Below, piece after piece: positions 54,024 to 64,000 of a stretch of DNA of 64,000 nucleotides. The stretch is taken from contig NIVC01001620.1 in NCBI GenBank assembly GCA_002269645.1, positions 195,461 through 259,460 of the forward strand, in the 5' to 3' direction. The notes beneath the pieces are model-generated. The model had not been told where the DNA came from, did no database searches, and worked only from the letters and a program-made list of their open reading frames with translations. The DNA is from Macrostomum lignano (lineage: Eukaryota). A program made the position numbers and the translations under genes. The stretch's first letter is position 1; every line of letters begins with the position of its first letter.

Positions 54024-56695
54024 ATGGCTACAGCCGCGAAATCGGCCATTTCCGCCAAGGCGAATCTCTACTGCAAGAACAACTGCGGTTTCTATGGCAA
54101 CTCCAGTTGGCACGGTTACTGCTCCGTGTGCTACAGGGACGCCTATCTCAAGCCGAAATCCCGCACAGACGATGCCCGCGAACATCAGCAGCAGCAGCGT
54201 CAGTCATCCTCTGCCGCAGCCACCGCTGTGGCCTCCTCGGCCGCGGCCGCCGCCGCCGCCGGTCTGTCCGCCTCGTTCAACCAGTTCGAAGAGAAACGGC
54301 GCCAGGTGACCGGCCGCGGCGCCAGCACCATAAAAAACCTGCTGAAAAAGCCGACAGATTCGGCGGCCTCCGCGCGCAGTCGATCGCCGCCAGCCGCCGC
54401 AGTCTCCGACGATGACTCGGCATCGACAACCGGCCTATCGACTATCTCAGAGGTCGACAAGCACTCGAACTACGAGTACATGACGTTTGTGAAGTCCCTG
54501 CCCAGAGCGGCCGGGGTCGACCTGACCAAGCAGATTAAATCGGCCATCGCCAGGCTGAAAGTTCTGCCGGCTGCGACCGCCTCAGTCGAAGAGTTCAGCG
54601 ACGCGGCGCAGGAGTTCTACGCCAGCCTGGCCAAGCGGATCGGCGCGGAGCCGGCCTATCACCGCCTCACAGAGCAGCAGCGGACTGACGCTCTGTTCTG
54701 GGCTGAAACTTTCCTGACTAAACGAATCTACAGGACCGTGTTCAGCCAGGGCCCGGACGAGGAGGCTAAAGACATCGCTTTGCAGAAGAAGCTGCGCTCT
54801 TTGCACTGGGTGACCCCGGCTATCCTGGAGTCGCGAGTGTCTAATAATAGTCCGCACTTTTACGAGGCCGTAGCCTGCCTGCTGGCGCTGGACACTCTGG
54901 TGACTCCGCCAGCCAAGCTGGACAGCATCGTCCGCTGCGCCAATCACATCTTCAAAGCTTTGAACGAAGCCTCTGGCGATGCCGCGTCAGCCGACGACTT
55001 CTTGCCAGCCCTGATCTACGTACTGCTGAAAGGCAATCCACCTAGGCTGCAATCCAATATCGCTTTCATCACTAGGTTCGCCAATTCCGCCAGGCTTAAC
55101 ACCGGGGAACAGGTGAGGCTTATTATGGTCTTTGTGGAGTCCTGTTCCCCATCATCAACTGTGTGCACTGTGGAGTCCTGTTCCCCATCATCAACTGTGT
55201 GCACTGTGGAGTCCTGTTCCCCATCATCAACTGTGTGCACTGTGGAGTCCTATTCCCAATCATCAACTGTGTGCACTGTGGAGTCCTGTTCCCCATCATC
55301 AACTGTGTGCAGTGGAGTCCTGTTCCCCATCATCAACTGTGTGCACTGTGGAGTCCTGTTCCCCATCATCAACTGTGTGCACTGTGGAGTCCTGTTCCCC
55401 ATCATCAACTGTATGCACTGTGGAGTCCTGTTCCCCATCATCAACTGTGTGCACTGTGGAGTCCTGTTCCCCATCATCAACTGTATGCACTGTGGAGTCC
55501 TGTTCCCCATCATCAACTGTGTGCACTGTGGAGTCCTGTTCCCCATCATCAACTGTATGCACTGTGGAGTCCTGTTCCCCATCATCAACTGTGTGCACTG
55601 TGGAGTCCTGTTCCCCATCATCAACTGTATGCACTGTGGAGTCCTGTTCCCCATCATCAACTGTGTGCACTGTGGAGTCCTGTTCCCCATCATCAACTGT
55701 GTGCACTGTGGAGTCCTGTTCCCCATCATCAACTGTATGCACTGTGGAGTCCTGTTCCCCATCATCAACTGTATGCACTGTGGAGTCCTGTTCCCCATCA
55801 TCAACTGTGTGCACTGTGGAGTCCTGTTCCCCATCATCAACTGTGTGCACTGTGGAGTCCTGTTCCCCATCATCAACTGTATGCACTGTGGAGTCCTGTT
55901 CCCCATCATCAACTGTGTGCACTGTGGAGTCCTGTTCCCCATCATCAACTGTATGCACTGTGGAGTCCTGTTCCCCATCATCAACTGTGTGCACTGTGGA
56001 GTCCTGTTCCCCATCATCAACTGTGTGCACTGTGGAGTCCTATTCTCCAGCGTCAAACTCTAGGTTAGTCTACACCTAAGGGTTAAACGGATTTTTTCCC
56101 TGAGGATTAAACCATGGACTATATACCGGTAGATCCTACGTATCGTAGTTCAGCAATATCGTAGTGCACGCAGACGTCAAAGCCAGAAAAAAACTGTGTT
56201 TAAGAACCCTCCGGCACGCGGCGAAGGGGGGGGCGGAGGAGAGGTGGGCGAAGGGTGGCGTTAACACACTTAACACTGAGGCCCACGGAGCAGGCCTAGT
56301 GTAAAGTAGACATCAATTGAATTCCAAATTCTCAGGGCTATTACTTCACCAATCTGTGCTGCGCCGTGTCGTTTTTGGAGTCGTTGAATCACGAGTCGCT
56401 CAGCCTGCCCAAGGAGCTGTTCGACAAGTTCATGACCGGCCAATTGTCGCCGGCTACGCACGGCCTCAGCGTAGCCGAGCGGGTGGCGCAGTGCCTCGCC
56501 CTGCTAGACGCCGGATCTAGCAGGCTGAACGAGCTGGACGCCAAGGCTAAACAGCTGCGGACGGACATGGACTCCGTTGAGGCCGACATGGCCAAATGCG
56601 TAGCCGAGGTCCGCGACCAGGTTGCTAAGCACAGGGCGGAGCGGCCGCTGCGGCTGCCAATTAAGGAGGGCCGGGTGCACCAGCCGGCTGAGTGA
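54024..56695 (+). CDS. RABGEF1: Rab5 GDP/GTP exchange factor Rabex-5 (A20 zinc finger plus VPS9 domain), about 482 aa, 2 exons
   Basis: Exons 54024-55112 and 56336-56695 (GEQ|GYYFTNLCCAVSFLE). A20 zinc finger CKNNCGFYGNSSWHGYCSVC; VPS9 motifs ASADDFLPALIYVLLKGNPPRLQSNIAFITRF; C-terminal coiled coil. Confidence 0.94.
55133..56045. repeat. 36-bp minisatellite (TGTGGAGTCCTGTTCCCCATCATCAACTGTRTGCAC), about 25 copies, filling the RABGEF1 intron
   Basis: Tandem periodicity starting 20 nt after the donor. Confidence 0.97.
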
Positions 56696-58928
56696 GGTGG
56701 CTTAGAGGATTGTCTCATCTACCGCCGATGATTCCTCACTTAATCTGTGATAATAGCACGACTATTAGTGCATTGGTAGTACTGCATTGTTTTTATATCC
56801 CGTTGAAAAACGTTACTGGGATATTAGGTACAGCTAAAGAGTCATTGTCAACAACTTACTTGTGATTCTAGCGACTCTGAGCGCATCAGGTGAGTTGTAG
56901 AAAGTCGTTGTGCTAGCGCTTAAAAAGGTTATGAAAATGATTTTAATTCATAAAAGACTGCAGATGCGCTTAAAACGCAACTACGAGCTACGACTCTACG
57001 CTCGTATGGTCACAGAGTCATTATAAAATCACTCCATAGTCACGACTTGTACCGTGTAACGTCTCCTCGTTTTAGAGTCATCTAGTATAGTCACTTCGTT
57101 CCTATCTTACCTGTGTTACCTGCAGTGACTTTAGTACATCTTGCTTTAATATTTGGTATCATCTCATCTAATGACGTCGGGATCAGGATCATTCCTTCGA
57201 TAAATCGTGCACCAGCATTATAAAAGGCACATGCCACACGGTCTTCCAGTGTTTTTGTTTTATGCGTATTTTCTCGAACTATTACTAATTATACGTAGAT
57301 ATATATAGTATATTGTATGCATATATATTACTAAGCTGTTACTTTACTATGAGACAATAAGTTATGCGTATTGAGCAATAACTGTTGTCTGATGATATAT
57401 ATTAATTTGTAAATATACAAGCTTCAGTGTTACTCTTGATGTGTTACTTTCGTTCGTGGTCCTGTGTGCAACACATTTAAACAGAATTTTCTTTGTTTGC
57501 GAAGTGATTTCTAGTAAATTTATCTTTTTATTTAACTTAATCAACAGTTGTATGTTCATAACAAGATGTCACTCGCAAATAATGCGCTTATCTACTCTTT
57601 TATCTAAAGTTTTTGAAGCTGTACATGTAGCAATTGTCTCTGGCTTTCTGCAAACAATCTTCGCCCTGTTTACCGACTCCAGACTGCATAAGACTCGGAA
57701 TCATTAAAAAAATTAATTAAAACTGAAAAGCTTGAAAAACCCAAATCCAATACGTCTGCATAGATAGCACGACAGAAAGAGGGTTCCGTACTACTCTCTC
57801 ATTGGCTGAGCTGGATTGGTCACTTGTGTACATCTAGTCAAATGCTTGTTGTCCATTCTTACCACAGATGCTCCTGAGGCCGCAAGCCCCGGCCGAGGAA
57901 GAAAAGAAAATTTTTGCTGCCACAATCAATTTAAGTGACACTGCGCAGATGAACTACTGAAAAAAGACTTGACGCTGTAGTTTTTACGAGTTTATTTGCG
58001 AGTGGTACATCTAGTAGTTCTAGTATCTGTTGCCGTGATACAAGGTGTGCGGTGTAATACTGCACCTGCCATATTCGCACTTTACGCTTAAGGCGTACTT
58101 CAGTTCCGTGTCGACAGTCAGACATATTCTATTAACGAGTGTATATGTAATGTATGTCATTGTAAGATAGCACAGATCAGCATAAATTAGGATTCTCTTA
58201 GCTTTACATCAGCCAATTCCACACCGTCTTGGTTTGACTTTTGGCAGTGTTAAAACTCGTAATGCTGTTCGTGATGATCCACGTGTAAGTTGTATAAATT
58301 GACAGATCGCCACCAAATAAGTCGTGAGTCAGAAAAATTGGCAATAAAAACATTCTGACTAAGAGTCGTCACTTTTTAATCAGCGAAAAGTATTTAATTA
58401 ATGATTTTAATGCTTGGCTTACGAGCTGAAAAATCGCGATTGTCAGTTTTTATTGTAGCTAGTATCAATTTGCTCAAATTATTAATGGAGCTCAGAGATC
58501 CCGGATGTTTAAGAAAGTGCCACGCAATTGTGAAAAATGACAATAATTACTGTTATAGCCACTTCTTGCTTCTCTCATTGTCTCGCCTAATCTCAATAAT
58601 ATTAATGAATTAATACCTTGGTTTGTTGACTTGTTTGACTTGAAAAAATGATTTTTTAGCACACTAAAAACGCTGAAGCATGAAATGGCTTTCCATTATA
58701 GACAGCACTAGAGAGAAAAATGAAATAAATCATATTTGTGATGTGCATGATATCGTGAGGTGATAGACAATGCCCCTTAATTTCGCATTATTGCAGTCAA
58801 AAACATAATAGTTATTCAGTCGCGGGTAGTCGCAAGAACTGATTTCGATCAGCCAAAATAATGTTATGTAAGTTTTGTTTCGTTGTGCTTTACTGGTTCA
58901 GCTTTTGTCGCGCAAGTCTGCCGCAAGC

Positions 58929-61900
58929 CTACTTGCTTGGCGCGGCCATGACGCACATGCCGGCGTTCCACAGGCGCATATGGTCGCTAGCCGATCCGCC
59001 ATGCAGATCGTTGAATTGGTTCCCGTCCATGTTGCCGAATGCTCCGTTAATGCGGCCGTGGTACAGCGGGTGCACGTCGATCTTGATGTCGCCTGATTCG
59101 TAGCTGGATACCCTCAAGACACCTCTTATCTCGGTATCAATCTCAAGATCCAAGTTCTGCCTGTAGCTACGAGAAATAATGACCAATTTTGGATTGTCCA
59201 GCTCTATCCTTCCGCTCTCGGGAAGGTCTATTGATCCGTCCACCCTGACCTTTTTCGTGTTGGTGATGACGATTCGCCGATTTCCAATTCGAATCAGAAG
59301 ATCGCCTAGCCGCCTCCTGCTGCCGTTCCACGTGTAGGTCGCGTAAATTGAGAAGTCGCCATTAAGGAAGTCGTGAGCCAGTAAATATCTGCACGGAGAC
59401 AAGTTTCTCAGCATAATGCCACCAAAAGTCGAAATAGAATCCTCGCCAACTGTGGCGGTTCTGTGCGACGGCTGTAGCATTCTGAGCAACATGCCACTGA
59501 CGCTATACCTGCCGAAATACTTTTCCATAGTACCAGCTGCTCTAGCATTAAGATTATATTTAAGCTTTTGCCACCAAGGCGAATACGAGTAGAAAGGAGG
59601 TAGGTACCTTTCGTACTGATTAGACTGCTCAGGAAAAGCGATTGCCGGGAAGGGCAAGTAGACGGTGCCGTTGATGGCCGCAAACGAGCCGCCGTCCATG
59701 CACTTCTGGTCGCAGCTCAGTCTCCAGACTCGAATCTCGTTGGCGTCAGTGTTGAAAAACTGCTTGATGGCTCGACCGTAGTACCCATCTAGCAAAAAAA
59801 CAGCAGACTCGGCCAGATTCCTGCTGTAAGCCGTCTGGCTAGACATTTTCTGCTCGATGCTGTTACCATTGTTCCTGCACGCCTTGATAAGATCGCTGAC
59901 ATATCCGCGCCATTGGCTTCTTTCATAGGCCAAGTTGTCGAAGAAGTCGTACACTTTAGGCAGTGCTCCCAGGGTGTTCACGAGGATTGGTTGGACCACT
60001 TTGGCGAACTGGGAAATCAGCTCCTCAGCCGCCGTTTGAATGCATGTGGAGTACTCCTGAGCAACGCGACTCATCTTCTCATAGCGGTCACTCACTGGGA
60101 ATACTGAGGCAAGCGCGTTGTACATAACCGAGAAAACCGAGCTACTGCTGCTGCCGGTCAAGCTAGAAATTCTTGTCCGAATATAGTTGTCCAGCATTTC
60201 AACACAGGAAGAGAAATATGCTCCAATCTGGTCAGTGAAGTACTTTGTCACGGAGAGGACACTGCTCCAAATACGGGCTACAGGGATCCTACTCAACGCT
60301 CTTGATGCAGTATCAGAGAGCCAACTGATTCCAGAGCGGATTCCCGAGTCGATTGCTGGCAGTGCATTCGTGTATTGCGATGTTTGGATCATAGAAAGCC
60401 AGGCCTCCACACCGCCTTTACAGACGTAAAAGGCTGATACCATGGCCTTTCCAATTGTGTTGGACATAAACTCATTATTTTCTCGAGCCTTCAAGGCCCA
60501 CCGGTTCAAGGAGTCGATATCGTTGCTGGAGATAGAGGTGAGCATGTCGAGTACCACATCTGTATTAATGTTTTCGGCCTGGCTCTGCTTCACTGGTCTC
60601 ATCAGACTGTTGATTGTGTCAATGCTGATTGGTAGGTTTGTTGTCTTGGCCCATGGATCCACTAGAACTTCTTTGGCGACGGTGAAGGGCGACTTCTGAA
60701 ATTCGAAGCAATTTTTTTAGGGCTTGTTTTCGGATATCTGATCACTACCGTAGCTGTAGCAGTAGTTTCCGACAGCAGTGAGAAATGCGATTAAAACTCA
60801 CCTTGGTCTGCTGACGGATTCGCCAATGGGAGGCATAGCCCAGAGTGTTATCATTGTTCAGCTGGGCCCCCACGAAAAAGAAATCAATTTCAGCCGGAAT
60901 AGTCTCGGGCTTCCAAAGCTTCATCGAGCTATCCATAGCCATTTCTCCATTGAGCGCTCCGAAGTGGATCTTCTTCCGGTTGTTGGACAGACCGGCTGAC
61001 GCCTTGATCATCACCTTTGTCGGCTTGTAGAAAGGGAAGCTGAGCGGTGACTTGGGGTTCATGTAGCCCTTGCCGGTGTCCAGAGTGGCCTCCCAAACTG
61101 ACTTGACCCTGTCACACGTTACTGTGAGCTGTCCAGCATCCTTGTTGCTGTCAGAGACGAACAGCGATAGTCTGGAACGCTCGAATCCCTTGAAGTACCG
61201 ATAGGAGATCGTAGCGCCGTGGTTGCACTGGAAAAGCAAAGCATGATGATAAATTGCTGCACATAATTCCAATCACTACTTTTTTCAAATTCGAACCCAA
61301 TTTCCCATGACCATTTTCGCAATGCAACCTACCGCAAAGGTGAACTCTTCAAACGGAACAGAGCGGATGCGAAGATGAGAATCAATAGACTTTGTTGGCA
61401 CCGTTGCATAGATGTTCACCTCCGTCATGTACTTTGAGTTTGAGTAGACCTTAGAGTTGGACAGCTTCTTTGAGTTGATAATAATTCTAGCATTGGCCTT
61501 GACATCTCCCTTCTGCTGCGCGAATGAGATGTTCACTTCTCTCTGCATGGCCGAACGCACTGGGTCCCAGTTCTTCTGTCCATTCATCGCAATGATAACC
61601 GAGTCGCTCGATTCCTGAGCATGCGTTACTGAGAACTGGAACTCTTTGGCCGAGCGCTCATATCGCAGTTCTTTGGTGATCTTGTTTTTCAGGAATGGAG
61701 CGGCCATGCCCAGCTTATGATAGTAATAATAGCCTGATGCTCTTTGCTCCTTCTCTCTGTTGAACTGGATGGTAATCTTCTTCTCCAGATCTGTCTGCAT
61801 GTCCCAGAACACGGTCAGATTGTATCCAAGGCTGATTCCTTCAGTCTTCATTACTCTGTCGTAGCCGACTGTTCGAGTTGGTAGCGTGAGCCGAAGACTT

Positions 61901-64000
61901 CTCTTGTACACATTTGGCACAGTAAAGTCTTTGTTGAGGACAGCTGTGAAGCCCTCCATGTTCCGCTTGTTCAGATAGGCCTGAATCTCAGTCTGCACGG
62001 TACCATTTTCTAACAGCTTGCAGCTCTCGCTTAGGTACAGCTGTCGCCTGGGCGAGGAAATTTCTAGACTAAAATCTCGCCAGTAATTGCCAACATGTGC
62101 CGACGCATCCTTTGAACGATACTCCGCCAGGTAGCTGTTTCGGTTGCTGTAGAATTTGTCCAAAGAAAAGCGCACATAGGACTCAGGGTCGAAGCTGTAG
62201 CTAAAGTCGGCCAAAATGTAGCCCCCCACCGATGCCACCCTCAAAGTCGAAGGGAAGCGCTTCTCCTGACCTTTGAACACGGATTCGAGCTGGTAGTACA
62301 CAACACTGTCGGCAGTGAACGTTTCCTGATAGTTGATGGTGTAATTCTTGTTGGTGGGATCCTGTATGTAGGAGAATTTTATCACACTATTTGCAGATCG
62401 TAGTTTCTCAATCAGAGAAGAAGAAAGTCGAGTTGAAATATCCATTCCGAATTCATCAGACGTGTATTTGTAGTTCGTGACATCGCTAGCAACAGTGATA
62501 TCTTTTCCAGATTTCGCTTGGAACTGCAGCGCATATTGATAGCCTCCATCAATTTTCTGCCTCCATAGACGCAGGAAACTCGGAACGGTTCCAGGCCTTG
62601 GTCTCCATTCGCCTTTGACTCAATCATCTTCTTTTCAGTTGCTGCCTCCTCGGTGTAAGTTACGCCAGCAGTGAAAGCTCGGTTTACTTCTAGACTGATT
62701 TGCGTTTTAGAAATGACTAGCTTGTACACACCATCCATCAGTAGCTGGATATCCACTGTCTTGGCCGATGTGTCGTAGTTAATTATTTCATTCTCAGTTG
62801 GACGGCCTCTAAAGTTAATGACTCTCTTAAACTGCATTGCTGTGGGGAAGTTGCTCATATCGTACTCCTGTAGAAGCTCAATTGATTGAGACTCACTCGT
62901 AAAGCTAACATTTCCTTTTCTTTCTTCATTGTTGACATCCACAAAAGCATTGAATGGTATTTCTGAAAGAGTAGTCAGTGGTAACGACAGTCCAGGAAGA
63001 ACGTACAGCTTGGTGTTGGCTCCTGAATTCGTTTTATGTTCAATGGTGACTTGAACCTTGGCCTTGCTGATTTCCCAAAAGTCCGAAACCTGATAAGTCA
63101 ACTTGATGGTGTTGGGAGTATCGCAAGAGCCATACTGCACATCCACCTGTTGTCCCTGCCTGGTGTAGGATACGCAGCTTGATTTTTCGCCAATGGAGAA
63201 GCGAATTTGCAGGTTTCTCAGCACGTTTCCGTCTTTGCTACTAGTCCATGTAATCGTATTTGTGCCACCTTCAGATGCGACCGTCACTTGAATGGAGCCT
63301 TCAGCTGGGCTGGAAAACGTGACCGACTTGCCAAATATTTCTCCAGAGCCAGCCGTTACCCTACCATCGGCAAGAGTGACTGATGTCTCAGCCTTTGTAC
63401 TTTCAGACATGGCGAACTTCATCTTCCACTCTCCATTCGTGTTGTCTCCGGTTCTCAGCAAGTAGAACCTTGAGTTCGTGCTCAGAGACAAGTCAAAGCC
63501 CAAGTTTGCGCCCGGCACTCCCAGCCTACTAAGCTGCGGGTATGTGCTTCCGGATGTGATGTAAACCAAGTCGAATGCTGCGTACTTTAAGCCACCCTTG
63601 CGGAATTCCATTCCCAGGAGGTAGTCAGACCCGATCACTGCGTCCATGTTGATAGCCCTAATTTGAGATTGAGAAAATGGATTAAATAAAAAGGAAGTGT
63701 TAATCAATCTCGCTCCATTGTCGCTGACTCGCACATTGCGCTGGAAGTCGATAATCTTGTAGTCAACGTCGTTTCTTTTATACGAAAACACCAAGGTCTG
63801 TCGATCATTGTTGTATGTAGAGTCAGTCTGCATCCGCTGTGCAGAAGGGAACGGAGTTGTCACATTCATGGAGTATGTATAGTCGAACATGCTGCTACCC
63901 GTGACTTTAAGCGTCGATTTGATTCCATCAGAAGAAGCTGGCAGTAGGTGATCACTTGTTAGTTCGGCCTCGCTGTTTACTTCAAAAGTTTGTCCTTGTG
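58929..64000 (-). CDS. Large apolipophorin/vitellogenin-like lipid-transfer protein, C-terminal part with a vWD domain (5'-truncated; one apparent 1-nt deletion at about 62621)
   Basis: Exons (minus strand) beyond 64000-61333, 61227-60802, 60695-58929; GT-AG, phase 0. Long beta-rich region, then an amphipathic helical region, then vWD-like STFGG...PCRYLLAHDFLNGDFSIYA...INGAFGNMDGNQFND, as in apolipophorin C-termini. The diagnostic N-terminal LLT domain lies outside the window. Confidence 0.7.

Noticed and set aside
55113-56079. Cys-rich C-terminal extension of RABGEF1 (681-aa ORF)
   Set aside because: Read-through into the intronic 36-bp array. The conserved VPS9 continuation GYYFTNLCCAV is in the exon at 56336.

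Overview
Eukaryotic (animal) genomic DNA with GT-AG introns. The very high minisatellite content and GC-rich exons resemble the flatworm Macrostomum, but that assignment is inference only. By hand I could splice nine protein-coding genes. On the + strand: HNF4 (3514-9294), SSUH2 (30779-32744, nested in FBXL13 intron 2), a secreted multi-EF-hand protein (35655-37811), TLCD5/TMEM136 (42772-44806) and RABGEF1 (54024-56695). On the - strand: an orphan 148-aa MGCNSSK lipid-anchor protein that the ORF track misses (13502-16832), FBXL13/DRC6 (19011-35382, two 1-nt frameshifts), a small secreted protein (38340-38747), and the 3' part of an apolipophorin-like vWD protein (58929 to beyond 64000, one frameshift). 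Mobile DNA comprises the 3' end of a Ty3/Gypsy element (integrase, PPT, 225-bp LTR), a tRNA-derived CORE-type SINE and a MITE. About 27 tandem arrays, almost all unrelated to each other, cover roughly 25 kb (about 40%); nearly all the long ORFs in the track are artefacts of these arrays. The best lead is three near-perfect RFX X-boxes clustered around exon 1 of the orphan N-acylated protein, which lies directly downstream of the ciliary gene FBXL13/DRC6. Other leads: a 1.8-kb stretch with no CpG, two distant (CTAA)n arrays sharing one diagnostic interruption, and a different private satellite in almost every long intron. No rRNA, bona fide tRNA or CRISPR array was seen.
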